DNA from: Balanoglossus misakiensis | Taxonomy: Eukaryota > Animalia > Hemichordata | DNA length: 64,000 nt | Reading direction: 5' to 3' | Assembly: GCA_040954595.2 (NCBI GenBank) | Contig: CM082595.2 | Location: 5,854,137 to 5,918,136, forward strand | Shown here: in pieces, positions 1 through 14,039 of the stretch | How positions within the stretch are numbered: the stretch's first letter is position 1 | Layout of the letters: each line of letters starts with the position of its first letter | Notes under the pieces: generated by a model | Told to the model about the DNA's origin: nothing | What the model saw: only the letters and a program-made list of their open reading frames with translations | Database searches by the model: none | Program-made: the position numbers and the translations under genes

Positions 1-2336
1 TTGTTAATTGAGGACACTTATGCAATCAGTCAATGTGACGACATTTTAACTCTTTCCTAAGAACATTTATTAAAGTAACCCCCGGAGGTACTCACAGTTC
101 TCGGACACGGGATTCTTGTACTTTTAAACGGTTGTAACTTCAGTTAAATACGGAACACCTGCAGAGGATATCCTGAAGCTACTTTGCAATCCAGTATACA
201 TGAATGGCTTTGACCCGCGAAATGACAACCCGTCCTCTTGTTAAAAAATCAATGCGATTGACATTTCCTCGAATATACCTTGTCTATCAATGCACAGGAT
301 TTTAGTCACTCGTCGGTAACCTATGTTACCTCGAAGACGTATCTTTCCTGTCTAATGAAAACTGTAAAAAGACCGGTTTCAAAACAGCTGGGAGGTAGAT
401 TAGAATCCTGAATGCCTGATTGAATTAACTCGTGAACTGCAGGCAGTCACGCCTTTAATAGTGTCCCCGAAAATATCTACTACACGTCAGGATTAATCAT
501 TGGAAATATTATGAAAAATCGCGATTTTAAATTTCTCGAACCCTGCTTAATTTTCCTTAGATTAGACGCTATGCCCGGTATTCTTCAACACGGGTTTTCG
601 TTGACTCCACTTTGCGAGCGTATACTGTATCTTTCGAGTTCTGGAAGTGAATGTGTATGGCGCAAAAAGTGCGGAAGAGAGGTCGTTAATAATTAATTAT
701 CTCGGAAATTCTCAGGTCAAAAGATTTCCCCATTGTCGCCGAATCATCTACTTAGAAAGTATAGAATATCCACTTTTTCGCTAATGCGTTTCGCTGAGCT
801 CTGGCTTGACATCCATCGTACCGTTCGTCCATAAAATATTCATGCAGGTATAATGCAAGGGTGCTGCAAGCTAATCCCAGGACCAACGTGGTGTATTTGT
901 ACGCGGGCGCTGTTTGCTAGTTTGTCATGGCAAAGAGAGCTAAAATGGTGATGAATTTGTCATGGCGAGTGAGTTTCAATCCTATTTGTTATGCAAACAG
1001 TTCATACATGTATTTTAACTCTCTCCATACTTTTTTATAATATAGAAATATCTGTCAAATGTCATTCGGAAAATGAGATTATCTGCCCACAAGATAAACA
1101 GCACCCACCCACCCACTCAGCAAGCCACCCCCTGTCCATCGTTTAGACTCGGAATAAAGGTAAAAAAAACTCACTGGTTGCAGCGACAAGGCAGCTTTAT
1201 CCAGTCCCCACTGAATTGCTTTTAAAGTTGGTCTTGTCGGTCATAAAGACATTACCAGGCATACATTATCATTGCGTAATTTGTTCAAACTTCATCCGAA
1301 AATCGGAATCATAATTGGCGCGGCAGCCCAGAGGTGGTCCTTCTGTTTATGAATTACAGCAAGGTTCGCCGAAAATAGACTGTTTATTCGGTTAAAGATG
1401 TCTTTAGTTGATAATTGAATTTATCAGACTATCCGTTGTGCATTAGAAATCCCTCAAACGCTGTTTCAGACGAAGGTACTGCTGACCGGAATAACAAACA
1501 ACATTGATCGAGGACGATTTTTCCTTTCAGTCTAACTATCTACTTATTTTTATATCTTTATTTAAGTAGTCTCTTTCGGCTACGAGTCTTACAACGTGAT
1601 CCAAAAAGATAGGCACATCACCGTTAATGATCTCTGAGATTTAATTATCATTCACAAATTGTGTGAAAATGTTTGTATATACGAAGTTATTTTAACGGAT
1701 TCATTATTTGTATTCGAATGTCCTTCTTTCTGACATTAGTCTTCTCGTCTGTCGTTGGTACTCTTTAACGGCATCGACACAGGGCGCCCTTTTACGGCGT
1801 CAATAAAGGCGTCGGTAAATCGTATTTCTGAACCCAAATGCAATTTGTCGAAATTGAATCATTCGGTGGTATAATTTCAGATTGCATACCACAATGCAGT
1901 CATTCCTTTGCACGAACACTTTAAATTGACGACTAAATTAAATTATGTGTTATAATATCAACATAATTACCTCTTTTTACTTATTATTGAGATTGTGGAT
2001 ATAATTGCAAGTTACTGAATCATGCTGTTTTGCGCAATTCCGTCTTGGGGACCACTAGAACGTATCTGGACCGGTTCCAATAATTCATTACGACTCTAGG
2101 ATTGGAATCGGTTATATTCTTTTGATATTAAAAAACATAATATGTTCCACTGGTTTCCCTAACTTAGTCGGTGAATAATATGCGATACGTCAAAGATAGC
2201 CGCCATGCGAGAGTTTCTCTTTCCAGACCCTAGCCAATCATTAGTCAATAATGCAAATAATATTCATGATTGGATTACATTATTCGCTTTGACGTCATGG
2301 CAACTTTTGTAATTTTGTCTCTTGTCACATAATGGC

Positions 2337-2338
2337 GA

Positions 2339-2390
<52 letters not shown>

Positions 2391-2432
2391 GATGATGATT
2401 GATGGTGTTGATGATGATGATAATGATGACGA
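2337..2432. repeat. Compound (TTG)n/(TGA)n trinucleotide microsatellite
   Basis: Direct reading: gatgatgttgttgttgttgttgatgttgttg...gatgatgattgatggtgttgatgatgatgataatgatgacga. It generates the spurious poly-Q/poly-I ORF 2275..2517. Confidence 0.95.
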
Positions 2433-3373
2433 TACGGCGAACTTTTGACAAAGCAAGGATTCCCAAAATACTTGTATTAAGCTTTAATATCTTATAGTTC
2501 ATAATACCATAATTCATTTGAATACAGTGTCACTATAATTGATGGAGATTATTAACTATTTAATTATTAAAATTGTTGAGGGAAGAGTATTCCCTGAATA
2601 ACATGACGCAGTCGCACATAACGTAATTGTTCCGAATCATGCTCGTCACACTTATCCATCATTATTGAACGAAGTAGAAAGGGCAGGGTGTACTAGTTAT
2701 GGTCGAAGTTGCGTATGCTTACAATTTCGTGAAATTCTACAATGTATGAACATGAAGGGCTATGACTCTATTTGTTGTAAGGAATTCAAAAGTCTAAACT
2801 TAATAAGCTTATGCTAAGATTACGGAAGGCGATCATTGTCATGTGCAAGGAAGTTACACCTCCTAGGTGATATAGTGTAAAGCAATTGTGGGCTGTAGCA
2901 TTGTTGCTTCTAAATATACAAAAACACCTGTCCCACTTCTTGAACTTTCCTAATGGTGAAGTATATACGTGTACTTTTTTAGGTCGTTTTCCTTATAGCT
3001 TGGCTGTGGTTTCAAGATAAACGTCTTGTCATTATCTGCTGTCTTGTAACAATTGACACATCTCCGGGTTTTTGGGAAAAGGGATGGGAACGGCCCCGAG
3101 ATGAATGATTACATGACGCGGGATATGATGATCATAAATGTATCAGCACGCCAGTAAAGTATCACTGTACTTTTTTTAATGGGTCATAAAGATACAGTTC
3201 GACTAGTCATTCTGCTGGTGTCGCCAAGCCAACACGACAGGAACGCCGGGAATAATTGCTAATAAATGTAACAATGCGGTGGAATTAATTGCGGGATTTT
3301 GAGTGATGGCCGCCTATACCGAACCATCAGTAGTCCATACTCATATAGTGTCTTTTTTTACAACCCTCGACAG

Positions 3374-3628
3374 GTGCTTCCCGTGGTTTGCTCAATAAAG
3401 GACGAGGAGGGAACAGGCGCCGCTGTATACGGTGCTTGCCAACTTGCGGCGTAGTCACTCCTTGCTTGCTGTTTGTACGGTGTTGAGCTGCCCGCCAGAG
3501 ACAGTTGGAACTTATCTACCCCGAAGGCTAACACGTAAATTTCGCATCCTGGTTGACTCAAGCCAAGCATCGTCGGGAAGGAAACACAGTCTTGATACGT
3601 ACGCCGCCTCTACAAGTCACATCGCAAG
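3374..3628 (+). other. Candidate non-coding (5'UTR-type) exon
   Basis: GC-richer 255-bp block with an acceptor-like tcttttttta...cgacAG|G at 3372-3373 and a strong donor CAAG|GTAAGC at 3629. All three frames from the acceptor contain stops, so it is not an internal coding exon. Confidence 0.25.
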
Positions 3629-4267
3629 GTAAGCTCTGGGATGCCCCTTAACTTGATGATTCCGTAACCCAAACAATTTTTCATCGTGGCCCTTTGAATC
3701 TTTTATATCCAGTACCCAATCTCGTATATAACCGCTCCATATCATAAACCTCCACAAGCTAGGGATATAGCATTAGTACTTTCTCATTACTCTAAATATA
3801 TATTAACGATATCATCATCTTCAACTGGACTTTGCCCATTATATGCCATGGGTGTAAGGTCCGTTCATTACGTTGCAATGTAGGCGATCAATAACCAATT
3901 ATTAAAATTAAATTGTATAGTTGAAAATAGGGACACTGATCTTAGTTGAACGACCTGTTATTTCCATATAGCTTCGCGTGTATTTTTAGCTCAAGCCAAT
4001 TGCGTTAATGAATCCAGGTGGCAAGCGTATTGTTTTGTAAAAATGGCGCATCTTGCCTTTTATTATGTATTGTTCAGCATTAATATGGTTATTAACGACG
4101 TTCCACCACTTTTATTATTCATTGCCTGCGGCAAACGATGGCACCATGTGATAAACTCGAGAATTATAACACGCCCAACTCGCGATCTGTCATGATATAC
4201 CAGATAGGTCACCTGACAGTAATATAGAATAACTTTCCCCGTGAGAAAGTATAGTTACCTAAGATAA

Positions 4268-4590
4268 AGTCTGTCACGTGTCCATATATGAGTTGTCATC
4301 GCGACGTGTCGTGTCGCGAGAGTGTTTGTCTGCAAGGTTTTCTGTTTCCCATCTTCGGCAAAAGCCGTTAAGATGCTTTGTCGATGATCTGTAAGGTTTA
4401 ACTTTAGTCATTTTCGGACAAATGTTGAACAGTCTGTCACGTGTCCATATACGAATTGTCATCGCGACGTGTCGTGTCGCAAGAGGGTTTGTCTGCAAGG
4501 TTTGCTGTTTCCAATCTTCGGCAAGAGCCGTTAAGATGCTTGTCAATGATCTATAAGGCTTAACTTCAATAATTTCGGACAAATGTTGAA
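4268..4590. repeat. Two-copy tandem repeat, ~161-163 bp unit
   Basis: agtctgtcacgtgtccatata...ttcggacaaatgttgaa occurs at 4268-4430 and again at 4431-4590 with scattered substitutions. The unit contains the hairpin TCGCGAC-gtgtcgt-GTCGCGA (one mismatch in copy 2). Confidence 0.92.
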
Positions 4591-7500
4591 TACATACATG
4601 TTCATGTCAGTATAATCTCGTAAAGATAAGAAGATGATGAGAACAAAGCACAACAGGTACAGACCTTTGAAAATACAACAGACTCGACGAAGTGTGTTTT
4701 AAAAAACATGCTGTATTTATATTTATAACTCTTGTGCATTCAGACGAAGTGTGATTCTAAAGGCAGACAAAAATATGATATTAAGTACCTTAAGAACGCC
4801 GGAAACTTCAATTGCGATATTTTGGCTCAAGATACATAAATGAAACACCGAAGTCTTGGAATAGTTGATGTGGCATTTCGGTCAGTGCTTTGCAACTTTT
4901 CAATGAACTGTCTAAGTTGTCTGTGATTTTCTGGATTATATTGATGTTTCGGAAGGCGGGGGCGGGCAGGAAACTTGAACCAGACCACACGGGCAATAAT
5001 CATTAAACCACAGGGTGTAACGACAAGGTCCATTAAGAATAGGTTTAAAATGGCATGGCGACGCCAGAAGTCGACCGATTTCTTTCTTTCGAGCACGCGT
5101 ACATATGTGATCCGTAAAAAGCATAAAAGATGCAACGCAAAAATGCCATAATTTGCGCCATTTATAGCCATTTGTGCAGCCGATGTTGGGTCATGGTCGG
5201 GTCATCAGACGCTCATGGTCAGGGCATTAGACACGCATTCGCATGTACTATGCAAACTAAATCGAAAAAAGTAACAATTACTGTGATAGAAGTGATATTT
5301 CGGTTACGTGCACCAAGTCATCCAGAACAAATTCCCGAGTTGATGATGCATCGCTCCACAGACAAACCTGAGACAGGTATGGCACACTTACGTCAGGCTA
5401 GAGGAAATGACGAAAACCGTCATCTTCAGATTAATGTTAAGACTGGCTGCAAGACAGCATAATGAATATCGGGCCCTGGGACTATTGCAGTGTCTCGTCA
5501 TAATACGAAATACGGCCGTGTGCAGCGAACCTGGCGTATTTGACGAGCAATCATGCGTGTCCAACACGAGCACGATTCAATACATTTCCTTATTGCATAA
5601 CGGCAATTATGAGCCTTGCTAGCCGTATATAATGTTTATACTACACGAGTTTCTGAATCATACTGGAATGTAAGAACCAATAGCCATGAAATCGTCATGC
5701 GAAAGAACCGGACGGAAAACTTTCACTACATAATGTAAATGATTTGCATGCACAAAAAATAACTTTCATGTATCCTCTTTTGCATGTGTATTATACAGTG
5801 CGTACAAGCATGTATTATGGGATATAGCACTCCATAGGTTACGCCTTAGGACGTTAACAATGGTTAGCCAACTCTTATTGGTCGGAACTATTTCAAGCGC
5901 CATCCTTTTGCATTCGTCTCCTTCCACTATGTGGCACATTTTGTAGACAGTATCATTGATTGGTAACCATTTGGCAACCACCCAGTCTATCCTGTTACGA
6001 AGGGCTGCTTTGTATAAGGCGCTCATTTATATCGCCTTCCGGCCAAGAATGCAGAAGGGCCTCTTACATTGTACTTTACGGAAGGGCATTGGATAATAAA
6101 TGATTTACTGTTCATGTTCGTATTTCTGCAAAGCCCTTCTCTGATAAAATCTAATCCCTTGTACGACTTGGAAACAGTAACTCATAACTGTGAATTAATG
6201 GCCGACATCATTATATAAGTCATTATTTCCCCCTATTTGAATTCTATGTATATAACATAGGTATCATTGCTTATCAGGCATTCGTTATATGAGTCACTCC
6301 CCGCATTTCAACCACCTGGAAGATAACATGCTTCGTCGTGAGATTGCGAGCATACCCAAGCCAGAAGATGTTTTATTTTCCCACAGTGTACTTCCCTGTC
6401 CTTCTCTTATCTATGGCCGATGTAATCATGCACGAAATACGTGTTTAGCAATATTGCAGATTTTCTGATTCTGTATATTAGATGTGTGGCGACCGATTGT
6501 AGAAAACGCTGCAACAAGCGCAGGCAAACTGTACGAAACTAAAGAAATCTTAGTAGATACGTGTAGTTCCTTTCCCAGGTGTATTTGGTGTCGTCCAGTT
6601 TGCATGATAGATCACAGTTCAACCGATTCACGTTTTCTCGCTATGTCGTGTATTAATCATTGCCAAGTCACTGTGTTGCAAATCGCAAGGATGCAAGTTG
6701 TATTAACATTTACAGAAGATAATTGAAAGTTCCTGTATTTGGTCAACTTCATGCGATACCATCATGAGGCTGTTCCATCTCAGAGGATGGCATATCTTAC
6801 GCGTAGATCGTGATTACACATGGCGTGCCCGTATACTTATACCGAGTGATGATCAAGGTGTTTGGGCGCTTTTTGCGCAGACATTTATTCGCAATGATAG
6901 CTGGCAATTAAAGACGCACCCTTCCGTCTGTAATGATTATGTGTAGGGCATTTTCACCGTTGTATTCCAAGCAAAGCCAAGAGCAACGAAATAGGATAAA
7001 AACGCCTCAATTTTCTGATAGAAACGTGGTCAGACTCCGTTAAATATGTGATGAACTTTAGCCCTGGGAAATTTCTCGTCGTGTGGTACCCTAAACTATG
7101 AAACCGATGTTCAGCACAGATAACAGCATCGATAACTCATGTTACGTCATGATATGTTAACATATCTTGGTCGTAAGATAGCTAGCTGTAAGCCTGTATT
7201 CAACAGCAAGAGAATTTTCAGCCCTTCCGCCACGGACAAAACCTACTTTTTCATCGATTCTTCACTGCTCCTATGTACCGATCTTCAGTGTACGATTTTT
7301 GGGATATTTATATTGACTGTTAAAGTACAGCCATACATTGGCATAATGGACGCTCACAAATTGGTGTGATTGTTAGTTAGGGCACGACTGGTGATAAGTG
7401 CGCGAATTTATAAACTATCTTACATGAGACTAGTTTCCGAGAGCAAAAGATCCATTTGGCCTAAAATATTTCAAAACTGTCAAACGTTTAAACGACGTTA

Positions 7501-8334
7501 AACACATTGTGTGTATGACTTCTCTTTACTGACACAGTACCCAGAACAAAAGCCCAAATCCGAAACGGGTTCCCTGCAATACTTATCTTGTACATATTTA
7601 TTTTCTCGGTCTCAAAAAGTGCCTGAAGTATCATTAACATACATTTTTTTTTTACAATAATCTGCATAAGAGACTTAAACAGAATAGCTTTAGAAATAGT
7701 AGGGATAACCGATTGTGTGTACTACTAATAGATAAACTATTAAAATGTTTATGCTAAATTTCTAGTTTTAGGCAAGGATCATTTTCTTTATCTTCCCAAG
7801 CTTTGATGGATTAAGAAGAGTGCATACCTGACCAATATTACATTATTCCTTTCATATTTATGTCTCATGTGGGCGACGACGATGATTTGGGCGCCTTACT
7901 GACGGAGAAATTAACAAAACAACGCCACAAAGTCCAGGGGTCTTTCTCTTTTAATATTTATGAATTACTAATGTTTCTGAACTGTGTTGTATAGTTACAT
8001 CCCGTCACAGGCGACAGAAACTATCACTTACAAAGACAGCCTTTGGAAATATGCATTATCTTTAGTGTTTAGAATGATATATCGATCACTTGGTGCGGAT
8101 TCCCGTAGAGTCGTTTTGGAAGTCTTGAATATTCTGTCACTATACCGTGATTTCCCCCGGGGAAGCAGACAATTTTTTGCACATTTTAGCTGAACGAAAA
8201 CTCGATCTGTCACATAATAAATATTTAGGACACACATCTCATCGATTCAGACAAGATCGATGGATTTTCATTTTTCTGTTATCGTGATATTCTGATATAG
8301 AAATATTAATTTCTACCCACAATGCCACACGCGT

Positions 8335-8353
8335 GAGAGAGAGAGAGAGAGAG
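8335..8353. repeat. (GA)n microsatellite
   Basis: About 9 GA units read directly. Confidence 0.9.
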
Positions 8354-8789
8354 TAGATTTCAGTTGCGTCATTTTGAGTATCTAACCACACTTCTACTGT
8401 TATGTTAGATTTACTAAGGATACATTCATCTGGATTCAGCCTGCTGATGTCAGACAAGTATCCGAACAGAGATTTAGACTGCAATAGAACTATGTCTGAT
8501 AAGAACGTGCGGGATTTTAGAGACTGCGCTTTTTCAAGAATTCATTGAAAGTTTGTAAACAGGAGCAAGAACTCGCTAAGTAAAATATCCTTTACGAATA
8601 TTTGCATTTTGTAACAAGAACGTCACTCGCTGTAATGATATTGTGTAAAACAACGATAGGTTGGTTATTTTACGGCTTACCTGTCAAATCTAATTAAACT
8701 AGCAATGAAGAAATATTCATATCTAAATTTACTTAACTACTTTCGGCGGAACTGCCAGATTTAGACAAGTCTCCAGATGATTTGACGAG

Positions 8790-8960
8790 CACGTGTCAAC
8801 AAGATGACGTCACTCAGTCATAAAACCACCCCGCTGCCGAAAGACGCGCAAGCGTAATTGCTGACATTAATTAACTCCTAATAAATTGGGGTTACACAAT
8901 CGCAGTCTATATTTAGAGAAACGTTTTATGACGAAATAAAACTAATCTGTGCCGGCCAAT
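8790..8960. promoter_or_regulatory. Putative cis-regulatory module (TF motif cluster)
   Basis: Within 170 bp: E-box CACGTG 8790, CRE TGACGTCA 8805-8812, ATTAATTAA homeodomain-type site ~8867, MEF2 consensus CTATATTTAG 8907-8916, posterior-Hox/Cdx-type TTTTATGAC 8924-8932 and CCAAT 8956. Function is inferred only. Confidence 0.3.
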
Positions 8961-11500
8961 GAAAGGACAGTTTGATAGCGCGTAATCATGTAGTGCTCAT
9001 AATTCTGGTTTTGCTTTATCAAATTAGTTTCTTTTATATTTTGCCACGTTTCCTGCAGGACGGATCGATACAAGGGGCTGATAATAATTTTTATGGTTTC
9101 TGTAAAATTGAGAGGAAATTTACCCTGTATATGACTTCACTAAATCTATTTTACTTATTTTCAGTTTTTCTTTGTGAAACGTCGTGAATGGAAAAATTTC
9201 CTCTAATCTGATTAGTAAGACCATCAGTATTCCTTTAACGGCCTAACTGGAGTTCCTCATAATTTTCCAATTTATGTGTTTTTCTTTCGTTCGATGTTCA
9301 TATCTTTATGGATGGATGCAAAGAAATGATTTGAGAGAGTGCGCAATCGAGTTTGAACAGTAACGTAGACGCAAGCGGTGGGTATTGTACATCATCTTTA
9401 ATGCCAGATTACTTTGTACTCTTCCCGTACCTTTGCGCCAGCCATTACTTTCACTGATGGTCGCTTCTTGTTCTTGTGTGCAATTTGTGTACAGAAAGAA
9501 AGAACCTTTTTACTAAATATGTCAAATGTTTAGCTTATTGCTACTGACATAGCAAATGTGATAAATATGAGTCATACCTAATATATCTCCCTAAGCAACA
9601 TGTTCCTTGTATTTTATGACTGAAACATCTGAGATTATTTCTTCATTAAATTAATTAGCTGATTAGCCATAAAACACGTAACACCAAAAACTCAAGCTAC
9701 ATGTATAACGACGTAGAAAAGCAGACAGTTCAAAACGACTTTGCAAGTGAGGATTAACAATACACACCTTCGTCGACATCATTTATTTGCTTAATCTCAG
9801 GTTGATACAAAGCGCTTGAAATGAAGACAAAAGTCTTACATGGCAACACGTTATCTGTCGAGCAGCAGCTGTGTTTTCGGGCAATTTTCAAGAGCTAATT
9901 CGTAGCAAATTCGCATCACTAGCAGAATCGTGGAACTTGTTCTGTGATGCGTGTAAGCCTGCAGAGGAATATATCCTGCATTCAATGGTTAATTTGTTGG
10001 ATTAGAACTTAGCAGCGAGAAAGGAAGAAGGGAATATCGCCCAGTGAGAGAGAAGAGTCACGTTAATTAGTTCACCAATCAAAGGGGTTATTCTCGCAAG
10101 GTATTTTAATCACAAAAACGACTTGGAGAAAGACATCACGTCCACAGATACATGGGGTGATTTTTAAAAGAAAATAATTTGCTTCCTCGTGGATATATAC
10201 CATCCGTGTTAATACACATGCTATTGATTTACATGGTACAGTACACGTAGATTTACGTCGTTGTCAACCTATTATAGTACAGTATATGAGTTTAAGCATG
10301 TTTTGCCAAAAGGCAAGGTCGTATTCTTTTTTGTCGATTACTGATGTCGTCATGAAAAGAACATTCAAAATCACGTACGTAATACTCTGAAAAGTTCACA
10401 AGATTATAAGATTGGTTTTCAGTCCATTATCAGACGACATATAACAATGTCATGAATTAAAAGAAAGTGCAGACATAAGAACTCAAACATTTGCCACAGC
10501 AGGAATCACGAAGTCACTCAGAGATAATCCTTCACTCATCAAGAGCAGGCCACCTGTTTCTGAGAATCGAGATAAATTTAGCAATACCTTTGCTTTGTTA
10601 TCGCCATTAGTCTGTTGCAGACATGTGAGTGTCTACTTAAGGTCCGTGTTTCTTAATTTTTTGAGCTCCGCAAGGAAAGATACAAGGTCTATCAACACAG
10701 AGCTCATGTCGTTATACAATTTTAGTAAGTGCCCTCTGTCCATTGATGAATCGAGAAATGCAATTAGAACCGAAGAAATGGGGTAATAAAATCATCCACC
10801 GTACGCTAATGTTCGCTTCACCAGCACAAATAACAGAATACCTAAGCAATATCGCTTAAATTGATAACGCGCACTGAGAAAGCAATTTACGTTAGACACT
10901 GGGTGTGTTCGTATAACAGACGTCACAGGAACTGTAACGATCTGAAGATACGCTGGTTTTAGTGCGCATGTCCGCGGGGATGTAGGGAACTCTCAAGCGT
11001 CGGCGTGCATGAAAGATGACGTCAGGTGGGCCAGAAGCGCGCCGCTTGTCTATCGTATCATCGGCGGCCTTTTTGCTCGGAATCAAGCGGTGTATACGCA
11101 ATGCCTGAAACAAATTCAACGAGAGGAAATAGTCAAAATAACACTCCAAGATTTATCAAAAATTATTACACAAAATTGCCATTTTTCTTCATTGTAAATG
11201 AAATATTTGAAGTTATGATCCGATTAGGATCAACAAATGACGACGACAGCAGTGAAAAATATTTAAGAGCTTGTTGTTTGCGCCAGATGTTCTTTGACAT
11301 TGCCGGCTTATCATGACTATTGTTAGTAACGTTCGTTCAGATTAAATTTAACAACTAGACATGTTATCTTTTACGACCTTTGCCTTTGTCGTTGTATTAA
11401 AAGCCCAATGACTATGTCCTGTGATATTTTGAGTACTTTTAGGTCTGTCGACACCCGTTTATGGTGTTTGTGTTTCATGCCACCTGTACCTAGCAGTCTA

Positions 11501-11666
11501 CCTATGCAGATTTAACCACCGTTACAATGGAAAATCGAAATATAGCCAATCATAGATTTTCAGTTAAATATAAGTACGCCACAACATGGTCATTCGAAGA
11601 CTTAGTCATGCCCTTTTGACCATATGTTGGTGTTTATGTAAATTAGAGTTGACCATATATCTTTAA
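11501..11666 (+). mobile_element. Old, diverged copy of the TTAA-flanked MITE family A
   Basis: Collinear similarity to the 37290-37475 copy (tagccaatcatagattttcagtt; atgtaaatt...gacc...atctttaa). The left TIR is lost. Confidence 0.65.
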
Positions 11667-13752
11667 GCTATATTTCGAATAGCGTGGGCAAATTCACGCT
11701 AATTGTGAAAATTCAATAAAAGAAAATTGATATTAGAATAATGACCAATTTCCAAATGATTTAGATATCTGGGTAGTGACAACTAGATGAAATAGATTCA
11801 CCAAAGCACCGCCTATCATTTGGCGTCTCCATGTCCGAATTGCAGATAATTCATGGAACATTGCTTTCGACCAATTCACCATTGGGACTTGCAAAAAATT
11901 AGATGATAATTAACTTAGACATTGCCTTATCGGGTAGAAATTTGGGCAGTTGGTGAGAGCATGTTTCGTCTGCTTGTAAAACTATAGGGACTGAACACAT
12001 AATGTTGCGGTGATGTTTAGGAACCGTTTGTAATTTTTTAAAACTACATTTAGTTTATTTGAAACTTGATGCTCATGTGCTGAAAGTTGGTTTGTTTCAT
12101 TTCTGCACTGAACAGGACGTGACGTGGAGCTTAGCTGTTCCTTTAGCGGAAGATGGCCCAAAGAGAATTTTAAAGGAATTCTTCAGTGTAATTGTTTATG
12201 ACGTCATTAGGAGGTTTTGGACTATCCAAAACATGCACATTATCACTTTTTTTAGCTTATAGGAACTTAGCGGTTGTTGAAGTTTGTACATCGTATAATT
12301 GTGACTGTTATTCTTGTCGTCAGCTCTTTGTGGAAGGATAACTTTGAACACATTTCTGTTGCATGTCAATCCCTGGACATTTCAGCGGGTGAACGAGATA
12401 AGGTGAAATTTAATTACTGCGAACAACTCCGCGACTTCACAACACACTGTCGTTACCCTCCACTGCGCACAATCTCTATACAGTTGTTATAAATATGTAT
12501 AAATACACCTTTAAGTGCGTGTCGGTGAAATTCTACATTACTTTTCACGTTTTATCCCAAAATCTCGCGTCGCCACTTTAGTGACGATTTACAGCCAGCA
12601 CTCTCTGAGCAGATGAAAATCCCACCTTGTGTTAAGAATAGAAGTAATCAGATGAGGTTATTGCAAGAATAAGTGGCCATATCGCAGTTCTGACTCTTTC
12701 TTGCTTTTTGGATTTATCGCCTATCTAGATGTTGGTTTGTTAACATCACACAGTGATAAATTACAAACTTCACAGCAAATCACATGAGTTGTAAGTAAAA
12801 GTAGTATTCTTTGATGTTTTAATATAACCAAGAACTGTGAGAAAGCGATGGCCGTGCGATGAATAAATGAATACTTGTGATCATACCCATCCATAGTCTA
12901 GAGTTCCTGGGTCAAAAATATATTTATTTACATGGCCAGTTACAAAGAAAAACAGTGAGTGAATACGTAAATAAAATTTTTAATACAATGTACTATTTAC
13001 CAAATGAAATATATTTAATGGCGTATAATGAATTTTGTATTGGTCTCACTTCATCCCTGACGAGACAATAATTAATGTTTGCAGTATGCAATATTATGCT
13101 GGATTTATATTGTAAGCGTATACCACGTTCAACTTTAAAAGTCAAATACCTTTAATTTTAAAAAGTCGTGGCACTTTCTGGCACTCGCGCAAAAGTACGG
13201 TTGACATTGGCGAGCCTCACTTCCAGAGCCAACTGTCGTTCTTCAAAGCAATCTTCACACTGCGAAAGCTATTAATTTAAATCAAAGTGTAGATTACAGT
13301 ACAAGTAACATTGTCTTCGGAAATGTCAGCTTTAACGAGATTTCGAGCCAACATTCGCCCTTTCCTTCGGATGCCAAAGTCGATGAAGCACGATCAGACC
13401 ACGCAAAGGAAAATTGCACACGGGAGAAAAATCTGACGTGATTCGCCGTGACATTCGATCATTAGCTATTAGTTTGTTGGACGGGAACTGCGGCCTGTAA
13501 TGCGTTGGTGTACGCGGGAACAGATGTGGGGTTTACTAACCGGGAGTAACTTTTTTGCAGTTGAGGTCAAAAATGCGTTATTGCTTTTGACAAATGCCCA
13601 TCAGCACAGCACTTTTGAAAACCACTGGGGCTTGCCACATCGCCATTAATTTCCCTGTGTTCAAGTTTGCTCAACGTAGTTTTATTCCCCACGCATGCTA
13701 ACACATTTCTGCATTAAAATACTAAAGAGTTATGATAGGGCAGGCGTGGTTG

Positions 13753-13760
13753 GTTGGTAG

Positions 13761-13839
<79 letters not shown>

Positions 13840-14039
13840 TGGATAGATAGATAGATAGATAGATGGTATTTTTTCATGTCTTCGCAATAGGACTGCATAT
13901 ATACTGTTAAAGGCAAATGGAATCAGTATGTTGGTAGAGCTAGATAGATAGATGGATAGATGATATTTTTTCATGTCTGTGCAATAGGACTGTTTAGTTT
14001 AATGGGCATATATACTGTTAAAGGCAAATGGAATCAGTA
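13753..14039. repeat. Tandem duplication whose first copy carries an expanded (GATA)n/(GACA)n microsatellite
   Basis: gttggtagag-(GATA)n-tattttttcatgtct..gcaataggactg..catatatactgttaaaggcaaatggaatcagta occurs at 13753-13928 and 13930-14039. There are about 26 tetramers in copy 1 (13762-13864) and about 4-5 in copy 2. Confidence 0.93.

Noticed and set aside
96-158. Minus-strand exon-like unit (ctctgcAG ... GTGAGT)
   Set aside because: All three frames are closed, and such site pairs occur by chance; not supportable without RNA data.
2070-2112. 12-bp hairpin accggttccaat/attggaatcggt
   Set aside because: The stem is too short for a pre-miRNA and there is no TSD or family evidence.
2275-2517. 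80-aa ORF with poly-Q/poly-I/His runs
   Set aside because: Low-complexity translation of the (TTG)n/(TGA)n microsatellite; no other coding signal.
5388-5573. Minus-strand ORF ending in a GTAAGT donor
   Set aside because: The peptide is unrecognisable and no partner exon was found.
9121-9142. TACCCTGTA resembling the 5' end of miR-10
   Set aside because: The match stops after 9 nt and there is no precursor hairpin.
13714-13974. ORFs with repeated YLSI/IYLS
   Set aside because: Translation of the (GATA)n array.
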